DNA of 64,000 nt from contig MGRJ01000020.1 in the NCBI GenBank assembly GCA_001798135.1, forward strand, positions 31,513 through 95,512, given 5' to 3'. Under the pieces are notes generated by a model. It worked only from the letters and a program-made list of their open reading frames with translations, made no database searches and was not told the DNA's origin. A program made the position numbers and the translations under genes. Shown in pieces: positions 27,909 through 37,646 of the stretch; the first letter of the stretch is position 1; each line of letters starts with the position of its first letter. The DNA is from Deltaproteobacteria bacterium RIFCSPHIGHO2_02_FULL_40_28 (lineage in GTDB: Bacteria; UBA10199; 2-12-FULL-40-28).

Positions 27909-28817
27909 ATGATTGTCATGGATTTAGGCGGAACGCATTTACGTGGTGCAGTGGTTAATGCAAAAGGACATTTTGGGCGTTCGATTAAAAAGATTGTTGG
28001 TGTTAATCGAAGTCAAAAAGCAATTATTTCTTTTATTGGGGAGGTCTACAAAAACCTTTCTGATGGGGAAAACATGGCCTTATCTCTTGGTATTCCTGGA
28101 ATTGTTTCAGCAAAAACAGGTATTGTTTTTTCATCTCCCCACTTTCCTCAATGGAAAAATTTTAAAATGAGAAGTGAACTTCAAAAAAAGCTAAAAGTAC
28201 CCGTTGCTCTTGATAACGATGCTAATCTTATTGCTTTGGGAGAGCATAAAAAGGGGGCAGCTCGTGATTGGCCCACTTTTTTAATGGTAACCTTAGGAAC
28301 AGGAATTGGGGGAGCCATTGTTATTGATTCGAAAATTTTTCATGGCACTCTGGGTTTTGCAGGGGAGTTTGGGCACATTTGTATTAATCCCAAAGGGCCC
28401 ATCTGTAGTTGTGGGGGAAGGGGTTGTTTAGAACTTTATGCTTCTGCTTCAGGATTAAAACGTTTGGTAAGGACGTCCCTACAGGGCGGGAAAACCCCGC
28501 CCCTACTAAAATCCATTCCTCGTTCTCAATTGGGTGAAACACTTTTTATTTTGGCTCAAAAGAAAAATCGCGGGGTTCAAAAAATATTGGATCAATTTGG
28601 TTTTGATTTGGGAATTGGTTTGGCTACCTTGGTAAATGTAACTGGAATTCAAAAAATTGTAATTGGCGGGGGGCTTTTATCTTTGTCTCCATTTTATTGG
28701 AAGGCCATGCGCCAATCTTTTAAGGCTCATATTTATCGTAAAGTTGGACAAGAAACTCTTTTTCGAAAAGGTAAATTGGGTGATGAGGCAGGTCTTGTGG
28801 GCGCAGCCCTTATTTGA
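27909..28817 (+). CDS. ROK-family sugar kinase (glucokinase-like)
   Basis: N-terminal MDLGGTHLRGAVV, DNDANL, and ROK zinc motif CSCGGRGCLELYAS. Confidence 0.8.
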   Translation: MIVMDLGGTHLRGAVVNAKGHFGRSIKKIVGVNRSQKAIISFIGEVYKNLSDGENMALSLGIPGIVSAKTGIVFSSPHFPQWKNFKMRSELQKKLKVPVALDNDANLIALGEHKKGAARDWPTFLMVTLGTGIGGAIVIDSKIFHGTLGFAGEFGHICINPKGPICSCGGRGCLELYASASGLKRLVRTSLQGGKTPPLLKSIPRSQLGETLFILAQKKNRGVQKILDQFGFDLGIGLATLVNVTGIQKIVIGGGLLSLSPFYWKAMRQSFKAHIYRKVGQETLFRKGKLGDEAGLVGAALI

Positions 28818-28849
28818 TCTATGTGACTTTGTTATTCCCTGCATCATTT

Positions 28850-28917
28850 GTCATCCCCGCGCAGGCGGGGATCCATCTTTGAATTTAAGATGGATTCCCA
28901 CCTTCGTGGGAATGACA
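28850..28917. repeat. Family-B palindromic element
   Basis: GTCATCCCCGCGCAGGCGGGGATCCATC...GATGGATTCCCACCTTCGTGGGAATGAC: two inverted hairpin units; intergenic after the ROK kinase gene. Confidence 0.85.
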
Positions 28918-28942
28918 TGGAGAGGTATGAGAATGACGGATT

Positions 28943-29719
28943 TTATTGGGTAAACCCCTGGAGGCGTAATTGATTTAAAATTTCCTGACTTTGGGGATTT
29001 TTGGCTACTTTAAGCAAAGATTTGGTGAGTTGTGCTTTAAGTTCTGATTCGAGTGGCACAAAAGAAACAACAGGAGCTGATGGATAGGGATTAGAAGTAT
29101 AAACAGTTTGTAATTCATTAATCCAGGGGAGTTTTAAATTTTTAAGGGCTTTATATTCAAAAGAATCTAACAGAACAGCATTTTGAGTGCCACTTAATGA
29201 TTTAAGACGAACCAAAATATTTGGATCTATTTCAAATTTAAGAAGAGAACTGGTATATCCCCGAAAAACCACGGTTCTTAAAAAATCATCTCCCAAATTT
29301 CTTGAGGTAAATATCGTCAAACTTCCTCCTTGGGGAAGTAAAGTGCTTTGATGCATCATGAGATAAGATTGTTCTTCAGGTTTAGAAGTACTTACAGGAA
29401 TGGTAGATAAAAGAATTTCCATGGGGAATCTTTCTTTGTTTGAAAAATAAAAATCATAACTGACAATTCCAACCTGGGCTTTTTTAAATCGCACTGCTTC
29501 TACCCCTTCATCAAGGCTTGGGTAATAGGCTGCTTGCATTGTAGGGCCACCATTTTTTTTAATTTGATTCATCAGTTCGTCTAAAAAGGGTTTGGCTGCT
29601 GCTTTTGTGCCTTCTCCGCCAGGATAAACAAAGGCAAATTGAAAAACAATACTAGCAAAAGAAAACTGAGGGAAAATAAGAAGAAAACCAAAAATTATTT
29701 TTTGAAAAGTTTTTGTCAT
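28943..29719 (-). CDS. Hypothetical secreted protein (periplasmic-binding-like, putative)
   Basis: 258 aa with N-terminal signal-like segment (IIFGFLLIFPQFSFA); no confident family. Confidence 0.45.
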   Translation of the reverse strand: MTKTFQKIIFGFLLIFPQFSFASIVFQFAFVYPGGEGTKAAAKPFLDELMNQIKKNGGPTMQAAYYPSLDEGVEAVRFKKAQVGIVSYDFYFSNKERFPMEILLSTIPVSTSKPEEQSYLMMHQSTLLPQGGSLTIFTSRNLGDDFLRTVVFRGYTSSLLKFEIDPNILVRLKSLSGTQNAVLLDSFEYKALKNLKLPWINELQTVYTSNPYPSAPVVSFVPLESELKAQLTKSLLKVAKNPQSQEILNQLRLQGFTQ

Positions 29720-29742
29720 TTATAGTATTTAAAAGTTAAATC

Positions 29743-30726
29743 TTACTCCTTTTTTAAATGATCCCGATACCATTCTATAAAAAGAGGGATGCCTTTTTCT
29801 AGTGGAGTTTTTGGCTTATATCCAATCATGGTTTTTGCCTTGGTAATATTGGCATAAGTTTGGGGTACATCACCTGGTTCTTTTAGTTTGTATTCTTTGA
29901 TGGCTTTTTGCCCTATATGTTTTTCTAAAAGTTTGATCAAATTGTTAACACTTGTTGTTGCTGATTCTCCAAGATTAAAAATTTCATATTGAGGTTTGTC
30001 CGCTTGGTTAAGCCAAGTCATGCTTTTAATAATGCCATCAATGATGTCATCGATATAGGTAAAATCTCTTTGATAGTGCCCATCACCATAAATACAGATT
30101 GGTTTATTTTTAAAAATAAGTTCGGTAAATTTTCGAATGGCCAAATCGGGTCTTTGTCTGGGGCCATAAACAGTAAAAAATCTTAAAACAGCAAAACTGA
30201 TTTGATACAGTTGGTGGTAAGTAAAGCAAGCCAGCTCTCCGGCTCTTTTTGTAGAGGCATAGGGGGAATAGGGGAGGTTAACGGGATCTTTTTCAGAAAA
30301 AGGAATTTTTTTATTAAGGCCATACACAGAAGAAGAAGAACCAAAGATAATTTTTTTAACATTATTTTTTTGTGCACATTCCAGGATGGTTAAAGTACCT
30401 AGGCCATTAACCCTTTCATACAAGAGTGGTTTCTGGATGGAAGGGCGAACTCCTGCCATGGCTGCTAGATGAATAATGGTTTGTATCTTGTGTTCGGCAA
30501 GCAGAGTATTAACCATGTCTTCGTCACAAATATCACCCGAGTAGCATTGAAAAAATTTCCCCTCTTTTTTTGCTGTTTCTTGAATAGAAGCTAAATTTTG
30601 GCGTTTTAAGGCTGGATTATAAAAATCATTGAAATTATCCAAACCAATTACATCATGCCCATACCGAAGTAAATTTTCGGATAGATGGGAACCAATAAAA
30701 CCTGCTGCACCAGTCACTAAGATCAT
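29743..30726 (-). CDS. NAD-dependent sugar-nucleotide epimerase/dehydratase (UDP-glucuronate 4-epimerase-like)
   Basis: Rossmann motif GAAGFIGSH, LDNFNDFYNPALK region and extended-SDR layout. Confidence 0.85.
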   Translation of the reverse strand: MILVTGAAGFIGSHLSENLLRYGHDVIGLDNFNDFYNPALKRQNLASIQETAKKEGKFFQCYSGDICDEDMVNTLLAEHKIQTIIHLAAMAGVRPSIQKPLLYERVNGLGTLTILECAQKNNVKKIIFGSSSSVYGLNKKIPFSEKDPVNLPYSPYASTKRAGELACFTYHQLYQISFAVLRFFTVYGPRQRPDLAIRKFTELIFKNKPICIYGDGHYQRDFTYIDDIIDGIIKSMTWLNQADKPQYEIFNLGESATTSVNNLIKLLEKHIGQKAIKEYKLKEPGDVPQTYANITKAKTMIGYKPKTPLEKGIPLFIEWYRDHLKKE

Positions 30727-30744
30727 ATTAAGTTTTTTCAGATG

Positions 30745-30826
30745 CGGGTGACGCTGGGGGGTGTTTTAAAAGCGCAGCGGTAACGAGCGCGAGCATTTAA
30801 AATACCCCCCAAGCGGCAGGACCCGC
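30745..30826. repeat. Family-E GC-rich palindromic element
   Basis: GCGGGTGACGCTGGGGGGTGTTTTAAA...TTTAAAATACCCCCCAAGCGGCAGGACCCGC; long imperfect hairpin between the divergent epimerase and GT2 genes. Confidence 0.8.
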
Positions 30827-30896
30827 TTTTTAAAATTTTAATTGATTCTAGCAAACTGATTGTCACACGACAATCAATTTGATAGCTAGCATTGCT

Positions 30897-31856
30897 ATGA
30901 ATTCCAGCAAAAACCTTGACCTTTCTGTGATTATTCCCTTTCTCAATGAAGAGGAAAATTTGCCAGAACTTTATGAAAAATTGGAAAAAGTTCTTCCCCA
31001 ATTAGGAAAAAGCTACGAAATTATTTTTATTGATGATGGTTCTACGGATGGTGGTTTTGAAATTTTAAAAAACATTTCTCATCAAAATCCAAAAGTTAAA
31101 CTTATTCGTTTTACCCGTAATTTTGGCCAAACAGCTGCGATGGCGGCAGGCTTTAGGGAAGCGCGTGGCCAAGTGTATGTAACCTTGGATGCTGATAATC
31201 AAAATGATCCTAACGATATTCCAAAAATTCTAGAAAAATTAGATGAAGGTTATGGGGTAGTTTCAGGATGGAGAAAAATGAGACAAGATGCTTTGATTAC
31301 CCGTAAACTTCCTTCTTGGTTTGCTAATTGGCTTATTTCTAAAGTAACAGGGGTGGTTTTACGTGATTATGGATGCACACTTAAAGCCTATCGCTCTATT
31401 TATGTAGATACTTTTAACCTTTATGGTGAAATGCACCGATTTATTCCTGCCTATGCCAAGCTTGCAGGAGCCAAGATTACCGAAATTCCTGTTAATCATT
31501 TTTCGCGTCAAAAAGGAAAATCCAAGTATGGTCTTTCTCGTATTTTTAAGGTGATGTTTGATCTGGTTACAGTTAAATTTTTAGGTTCTTTTGCAACTAA
31601 ACCGCTTTATCTTTTTGGTGGGGCAGGAATGGGCCTTAATGTTATTTCTGTGATTCTTGGTTTTTTTGTTCTTTATCAAAAATTTTTTCATGATGTTTTT
31701 GCTCATCGAAATCCCTTACTTCTCTTGGCTGTTTTTTTATCTGTTCTTGGGTTTTTATTTGTCATGATGGGTTTATTAGCCGAACTCTTGATGCGTACCT
31801 ATCACGAATCTCAAGGCAAAACGATTTACTTGGTGCAGGAGAGGATTAATTTTTAA
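30897..31856 (+). CDS. Family-2 glycosyltransferase, polyprenyl-phosphate sugar transferase-like (ArnC/GtrB/DPM1-type)
   Basis: GT-A motifs VIIPFLNEEENL, FIDDGSTDG, DAD; two C-terminal TM helices; ATG at 30897 (TTG frame from 30879). Confidence 0.85.
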   Translation: MNSSKNLDLSVIIPFLNEEENLPELYEKLEKVLPQLGKSYEIIFIDDGSTDGGFEILKNISHQNPKVKLIRFTRNFGQTAAMAAGFREARGQVYVTLDADNQNDPNDIPKILEKLDEGYGVVSGWRKMRQDALITRKLPSWFANWLISKVTGVVLRDYGCTLKAYRSIYVDTFNLYGEMHRFIPAYAKLAGAKITEIPVNHFSRQKGKSKYGLSRIFKVMFDLVTVKFLGSFATKPLYLFGGAGMGLNVISVILGFFVLYQKFFHDVFAHRNPLLLLAVFLSVLGFLFVMMGLLAELLMRTYHESQGKTIYLVQERINF

Positions 31857-33727
31857 TGTGTGGTATCTCTGGCATTATCCATAAAAACAACCAACCGGTT
31901 AATCAATCTATTCTGGAAAAAATAAATCGAACTCTCACGCATCGGGGGCCCGATGATGAAGGTTATTTTTGTGAGGGGCATCTTGGTTTGGCCCATCGAA
32001 GGCTTTCCATTATTGATTTATCCAGTGGGCATCAACCCATGAGTACATCCAATGGTCGTTATACCATTGTGTTTAATGGGGAGATTTATAATTTTTTAGA
32101 AATCAGGGCCGAGCTTCAGAAAAAAGGGATTTCTTTTCAAACACGTTCGGATACCGAAGTTTTACTTTATGCCTATGCCTTAGAAGGAAAAAAGTGTCTT
32201 GATCGTTTAAATGGCATGTTTGCTTTTGCCATTTGGGATAAAGATGAAAAAACTCTTTTTGTAGCGCGTGATCGTTTTGGGAAAAAACCCTTCTATTATT
32301 GGGATACTCCTGCCCATTTTGTTTTTGCTTCTGAACTTAAGGCCTTTTTAGTTCATCCTGATTTTAAAAAAGAATTAAATCATCAGGCGCTGGCTAGTTT
32401 TTTTCAATACGACTATGTCCCCTCCCCCTTGAGTATTTTTAAGGGAGTTCAAAAACTTCCCGCAGGACATTTTTTAATTTTGAAAAATGGTTCTTTTTCA
32501 ATTCAAAGTTATTGGGATATTCCTTTAAAACAATCCAAGATTTCTCCTGATTGGGAAGAAAGTAAAAAGAAACTTATTGTACTTTTAGATGAGGCTACTC
32601 AAAAAAGATTAGTGAGTGATGTTCCTCTTGGAGTGTTTTTATCAGGAGGTCTCGATTCTTCTTCAATTGTAGCCATGATGGCCAGGCATTGTGAGGGATC
32701 TCGTATTAAAACTTTTTCCATTGGTTTTGAGGAAAAAAGTTTTGATGAGTCAGAACATGCTTTGTTGATTTCCAAAACTTTTAACACAGATCATCATCAC
32801 CAGGTATTAACTCCAAATAAAATGTTGGAAATTTTGCCTCATATTGCTTCTTTTATGGATGAACCCTTTGCAGATTATTCCATCATTCCCACGTATCTTC
32901 TCTCTCAGTTTACAAGACAAAAAGTCACTGTGGCTCTAGGGGGAGATGGCAGTGATGAACTTTTTGCAGGGTATCCCACATTTTATGCCGATAAATTGGC
33001 CAGAATATATCAAAAATTCCCCCATTTTTTTAAGCAAACTCTTGGATTTTTTGTTAATCATTTGCCTGTTTCCCATCGTGATATGAGTTTTGATTTTAAG
33101 GCCAAGCAATTTCTTTATGGGGCCAATTTCGAATCTGTTTTACGAAACCAGGTGTGGTTGGGATCTTTTCATTTTGGAGAACAAAAAAAATTATTTGTAG
33201 AGAGCACACAACTTAAAGATCCTCTTTTATTAGTTAAAGAAGTTTTAAATCGTTGTCCTTCTTCTGATGCTTTAGATCGCATTCTTTATTTTTATCAAAA
33301 ATTTTATTTGACTGATGATATTTTGGTAAAAACCGATCGGGCCTCTATGGCTGCTTCATTAGAAGTAAGAGCTCCTTACTTGGATTTAAATTTAGTTTCT
33401 TTTGTATCAAGCTTGCCTCCTCATTTTAAGTTAAAAGGGAGAGTGACCAAATATATTTTAAAAGAAGCCTTAAAAGAAATTTTACCTTCTCAAATCGTAT
33501 TTAGAAAAAAGAAGGGATTTGGGATTCCAGTTGGATTGTGGTTAAAAAATGAACTCAAAAATCATCTTTTAGAAATTTTGTCCCCAGAAAGAATTAAAAG
33601 AGATGGAATTTTTAATCCAGCCGTAGTGCAGTCTATGATCAAAGAACATCTAGAAGGCCGGGCTAATCACCGGAAAAAGCTTTTTTCTTTACTTACCTTT
33701 CATTGGTGGAAGGATAATTTTAATTAA
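31856..33727 (+). CDS. asnB: Asparagine synthetase (glutamine-hydrolysing)-family amidotransferase
   Basis: N-terminal MCGISGII (Ntn Cys), PP-loop SGGLDSS; 623 aa; start overlaps the GT2 stop. Confidence 0.85.
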   Translation: MCGISGIIHKNNQPVNQSILEKINRTLTHRGPDDEGYFCEGHLGLAHRRLSIIDLSSGHQPMSTSNGRYTIVFNGEIYNFLEIRAELQKKGISFQTRSDTEVLLYAYALEGKKCLDRLNGMFAFAIWDKDEKTLFVARDRFGKKPFYYWDTPAHFVFASELKAFLVHPDFKKELNHQALASFFQYDYVPSPLSIFKGVQKLPAGHFLILKNGSFSIQSYWDIPLKQSKISPDWEESKKKLIVLLDEATQKRLVSDVPLGVFLSGGLDSSSIVAMMARHCEGSRIKTFSIGFEEKSFDESEHALLISKTFNTDHHHQVLTPNKMLEILPHIASFMDEPFADYSIIPTYLLSQFTRQKVTVALGGDGSDELFAGYPTFYADKLARIYQKFPHFFKQTLGFFVNHLPVSHRDMSFDFKAKQFLYGANFESVLRNQVWLGSFHFGEQKKLFVESTQLKDPLLLVKEVLNRCPSSDALDRILYFYQKFYLTDDILVKTDRASMAASLEVRAPYLDLNLVSFVSSLPPHFKLKGRVTKYILKEALKEILPSQIVFRKKKGFGIPVGLWLKNELKNHLLEILSPERIKRDGIFNPAVVQSMIKEHLEGRANHRKKLFSLLTFHWWKDNFN

Positions 33728-33846
33728 CCAGTTGATAATCATAAGCTTTTTAATCTTAAATTAATTATAGGTATTTCTTGACCCTTCATTTTTATTCCTG
33801 TACAATCAATGTTTATATTTAACTTTATTTGGGGCGGAAGGGGGAC

Positions 33847-34542
33847 ATGATGAGAAGCAAGTCAATTTGGTCATTTCTTTTTTTAATTACTATTCTTTCA
33901 TTAGCTGCCTGTAGCAGTTCAGATAGTGATTCAACAAGTACATCTGATTCAGCTGATGATTTGGGGGCTGGTGTAAGTGCTGTGTTTTCATCTGGAGCTA
34001 GTTCAAGTACCAGTGCTAGCTTGTCAAAAGGGATTTTGAATTTGTTTTTAAGACAAGCCCAGGCTGAAGGGGAATGTTCTACAACCTGTTCCTGTGTTGG
34101 AGATGATGGCCCTGATAATATTACAACATCAGCTACCGGAACTGCAGGGACGTATGGAGCCGATACAGATACTACAGACACAATGGTAGTAACAGCCGAT
34201 CATTTTTGTTCTGTTTCCACCTCAACAACTGGTGGGCCAGATGGATCGGGGCAGTTTGCTACTTTTGATTTTGCTTCTGCGGTTACTGCAAATTGTACAG
34301 CAGCTGATTTGTCAACTAGCACAACTACAATTTCAGCAGGATCTGGAATTTGGAGAAATACCAGCACCCATGAACCCGAGGTTTATGGAAGCTTTACTGT
34401 AGATAGCGTAGAATATGATTGTACTATTTTTATCTTATCTGGAGAATCAGGAGAAGTAGACGGGGATAATAGCAATTGTGTTGATGCTGATGGTGTCAGT
34501 GTTACCATTGCTGATGATAGTACTTGTACCATTTCAGAATAG
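33847..34542 (+). CDS. Ser/Thr/Asp-rich lipoprotein (hypothetical)
   Basis: Signal peptide with lipobox LAAC followed by SSSDSDSTSTSDSADD; Cys-containing, low-complexity acidic mature region. Confidence 0.6.
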   Translation: MMRSKSIWSFLFLITILSLAACSSSDSDSTSTSDSADDLGAGVSAVFSSGASSSTSASLSKGILNLFLRQAQAEGECSTTCSCVGDDGPDNITTSATGTAGTYGADTDTTDTMVVTADHFCSVSTSTTGGPDGSGQFATFDFASAVTANCTAADLSTSTTTISAGSGIWRNTSTHEPEVYGSFTVDSVEYDCTIFILSGESGEVDGDNSNCVDADGVSVTIADDSTCTISE

Positions 34543-34561
34543 TTTTTTATAACTTATTTTT

Positions 34562-34596
34562 AAAAGCCCGTGAGTAAAATCATGGGCTTTTTTATG
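34562..34596. terminator. Bidirectional terminator-like hairpin between convergent genes
   Basis: AAAGCCCGTGA-GTAAAA-TCATGGGCTTTTTT; T-run on the plus strand and A-run preceding it (T-run on the minus strand). Confidence 0.5.
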
Positions 34597-35710
34597 CCCT
34601 TATTTTTTGTTTTTTTTGAGTTGAAAAAAGAATTTCGCGTGGAAGAGATTGAAATACTTTCCAGAATCGTTCCATTAAATGCTGATGCCCAATAGTAATG
34701 CGTACAAATCCATCTAAACCCACCATATTGCTTCTGTTACGAACGAAAATTTTTTGATTTTCTAAAAACGCCAGTACTTTTTCGGGATCACCCAGTTCTA
34801 CCAAAATATAATTGGCTGGGGTGTCAACGACAGAAAAATCCATTGAGAAAATTTTATTTACCAGCCATTCTTTTGTTGTTTTTACCTCAGTAATATAGCG
34901 AGTTACATATTCCAAATCTTCCAAAGCTGTAGAGGCCGCAACTTGTGCCAGAGTATTTACATTTTTTCCAATGCGTACTTTGTTAATGGCTTCTAAATTT
35001 ACTTCTTGGGTTAAAATATAACCACAACGCAGGCCTGCTAAGCCAAAAGCTTTTGAAAAAGAGCGAGTGACAACTAAATTATCATGATGGGTAACCAAAG
35101 GAGCCATTGTATTTTGGGTAAATTCAAAATAAGCCTCATCAACAATAAATAAAGTTTCTGGAAAAAAATTAAGCAAAGTTTCTAGTTTTTCTTTTTCAAA
35201 AAGAAAACCAGTTGGATTATTAGGATGTACCAAGTAAACCATTTTTACCTTGGAGTTTATGGATTTTTTTAATTGGTCATATGAAATAGCCCGCGGATTT
35301 TTTTTATTGAGAACATTGACAATAGTTGCATCACAAGATTCTGCATAAACTCTGAAATGATCATACGTGGGAATAGGAATGACTACCTGATCGTCTGGAG
35401 ATAAATAAGTTTTGCACAAAACTTCCAAAGCATTGTCTGATCCATTGAAGGTTTGAATTTGTGAAATGGGAAGCCCTGTATAATGAGATAATTTTTCTCT
35501 CAAAATTTCAGATTCAACATCCGGATACCAATTAAGAGGAGAGTTTTGGATAAATTCGGTAAGAGCTGCTGTAACTTTAGGTGAAGGGGGAACACTTGAT
35601 TCGTTCGAATCAAGCTTCATCACACGAGTTGCATCTTGAAATAACTGAAAAGAATGCCTGCCATTAGAATAAGGGGTTAAGAGAGAAACTGCCAGCTTAG
35701 GTTTTATCAT
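34592..35710 (-). CDS. PLP-dependent aminotransferase, HisC/CobD-like
   Basis: LDSNESS, HPNNPTG and PLP-lysine block SFSKAFGLAGLRCGY; start taken at MIKPK (a longer frame extends to 35767). Confidence 0.75.
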   Translation of the reverse strand: MIKPKLAVSLLTPYSNGRHSFQLFQDATRVMKLDSNESSVPPSPKVTAALTEFIQNSPLNWYPDVESEILREKLSHYTGLPISQIQTFNGSDNALEVLCKTYLSPDDQVVIPIPTYDHFRVYAESCDATIVNVLNKKNPRAISYDQLKKSINSKVKMVYLVHPNNPTGFLFEKEKLETLLNFFPETLFIVDEAYFEFTQNTMAPLVTHHDNLVVTRSFSKAFGLAGLRCGYILTQEVNLEAINKVRIGKNVNTLAQVAASTALEDLEYVTRYITEVKTTKEWLVNKIFSMDFSVVDTPANYILVELGDPEKVLAFLENQKIFVRNRSNMVGLDGFVRITIGHQHLMERFWKVFQSLPREILFSTQKKQKIRA

Positions 35711-35800
35711 GCATGACCTTTTAAAATAATAAGAAAGAATCCTAGCTGGTTGGAGGATCAAATTCAATGGAAAAAAGAGGGGATGCTAATAAAAATTGAA

Positions 35801-37216
35801 TTATTCCAAATATTTGGAAATCCTAGCCAGGCATGTTTTTTTCCCTAAAATGCGAATTATCTCATAGATTCCGGGGCTAATATTTTTGCCTGAAAGGGCA
35901 ACACGCACAGGCTGAGCTATTTGGCCTAATTTAAGTCCTGTTTCTTGGACCAGGGTGGTAAAAACGTTAGTAATCCCTGCGATGTCAAAATTTTCTAATT
36001 TTTCTAAACGATCGTAGACAAGTTTAAGATGGGGTTTATTTTCTTTTCCTAAAAATTTATTTTGAAGGGCTTCATCTGGCCGTGTTTCTTTAAACGCAAA
36101 ATCAACCAAGTCTGCCATTTCCTCCAAGGTTTTGCTTTTTTCCTGGCTTATTTTTACTAATTCTACAAACAAGCTCGTGTCGTTTGAAATAATTCCTCGT
36201 TTTTCTAAATAATGAGGCAAAAGTTTTGCTAAATCTTCTGGTTTTGATTCTCGAATATAAAGACCATTAAGCCATAATAATTTTTCAGGATTAAAAACTC
36301 CCGCGGCTTTTGACACACTTTCAATTGAAAATTTTTCAATGAGATCTTGTCTTGTAAAAACTTCCTGGTCTTTATAGGCCCAACCAATACGGGCTAAATA
36401 ATTAATTAAAGCATCTGGAAGATAACCCATTTCATAATAAGCCATCACAGAAGTGGCTCCATGGCGTTTTGAAAGACGCTTTTTATCGGTTCCTAAAATC
36501 AACGGAAGATGTGCAAATTGAGGAGGAGTAGCTCCAAAGGCTTGATAAAGCTGCATTTGCCGTGGGGTATTATTGAGGTGATCATCACCTCGAATCACAT
36601 GAGTAATTCCCATGGTCATGTCATCAATGACAACGGTGAAATTATAAGTGGGGCTTCCATCGGTACGACGAATGATCAAATCATCCAGTTCTTTTTCGGC
36701 AATTTCTACTCTGCCTTTAACTAAATCGTTGATGATAATACTTCCTTCATCATGAGAATGAAATCGGATGCAGTGTTTTTCACCAGAGCTTATTTTTTTT
36801 TCAACATCGCTTGTTGAAAGTTTGTAGCAAGTACGATCGTACATGGGTTTTCTTTTTTCTTTTTGAGCCAGTGCTCTTTTAGCTTCCAATTCTTGGGATG
36901 TACAAAAACAAGGGTAAGCTTTTTTTTCTTTAATCAGTTGATCAATGTATTGATTGTATAAGTCGAATCGTTTGGTTTGAAAATAAGGGCCTTCATCCCA
37001 TTCCATTTTCAACCATTTCATACTGTCTAAAATAGCCTGGATAGATTCGGGGGTAGAACGTTCTAAGTCTGTGTCTTCGATACGAAGGATAAAATCCCCA
37101 CCCAATTGACGAGCCAGAAGGTAGTTGTAAAGTGCAGTACGTGCCCCCCCCACATGGAGATATCCAGTTGGCGAGGGTGCAAAACGAAAACGGGGTTTTT
37201 TACTTGTGTTGACCAT
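35801..37216 (-). CDS. gltX: Glutamate--tRNA ligase
   Basis: Class-I aaRS motifs HVGGARTALYNY (HIGH) and KLSKRHG (KMSKS); ATG 37216 gives canonical N-terminal length (GTG frame reaches 37237). Confidence 0.9.
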   Translation of the reverse strand: MVNTSKKPRFRFAPSPTGYLHVGGARTALYNYLLARQLGGDFILRIEDTDLERSTPESIQAILDSMKWLKMEWDEGPYFQTKRFDLYNQYIDQLIKEKKAYPCFCTSQELEAKRALAQKEKRKPMYDRTCYKLSTSDVEKKISSGEKHCIRFHSHDEGSIIINDLVKGRVEIAEKELDDLIIRRTDGSPTYNFTVVIDDMTMGITHVIRGDDHLNNTPRQMQLYQAFGATPPQFAHLPLILGTDKKRLSKRHGATSVMAYYEMGYLPDALINYLARIGWAYKDQEVFTRQDLIEKFSIESVSKAAGVFNPEKLLWLNGLYIRESKPEDLAKLLPHYLEKRGIISNDTSLFVELVKISQEKSKTLEEMADLVDFAFKETRPDEALQNKFLGKENKPHLKLVYDRLEKLENFDIAGITNVFTTLVQETGLKLGQIAQPVRVALSGKNISPGIYEIIRILGKKTCLARISKYLE

Positions 37217-37262
37217 GATTATACGGCTATCAAGCACATCGTGTGAATAGGGTCAACGAATT

Positions 37263-37646
37263 ATGAACGAACCTCTTTTAAAACGTGGGATGGAAAATCC
37301 CCTCATTGTGGATTTGATTACCTTTGATCCCGGTGAAAATGAAGTGGTGATGGTGATGGAAGAACGAAGGCCTTGGGAAAGCGTTACTCAAAAACAGGTT
37401 CAGGAAAAATTTAATAGCTACTTGGGTTATGTTTTAGAGGGTTTTTTATTTCAACAGTATGTTCAATACACCGGTAACCCCGTGCGTTTTGAATTGCAAT
37501 GTATTGAAAAACCCCCTCCAAGTTGGGATCCTTTTTTAACAGCCGTGATTAGTTTTGCTAAATCTGAAAAAATCCGTTTTTTTATTTCTCTTGTTGAACC
37601 AGAAGTTTTTCAAAAAAGAGATGCAGAAACAAAAAACTCAATATAA
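37263..37646 (+). CDS. Hypothetical protein
   Basis: 127-aa ORF divergent from gltX; 3' end overlaps the downstream hydrolase start by about 26 nt. Confidence 0.4.
   Translation: MNEPLLKRGMENPLIVDLITFDPGENEVVMVMEERRPWESVTQKQVQEKFNSYLGYVLEGFLFQQYVQYTGNPVRFELQCIEKPPPSWDPFLTAVISFAKSEKIRFFISLVEPEVFQKRDAETKNSI

Noticed and set aside
28663-28953. 96-aa ORF overlapping the 3' end of the ROK gene and the family-B repeat
   Set aside because: Overlaps a well-supported gene in another frame and is mostly repeat-derived; likely non-coding.
33825-34181. 118-aa antisense ORF opposite the Ser/Thr-rich lipoprotein gene
   Set aside because: Antisense to a gene with signal peptide and lipobox; a low-complexity region generates an open frame on the opposite strand.
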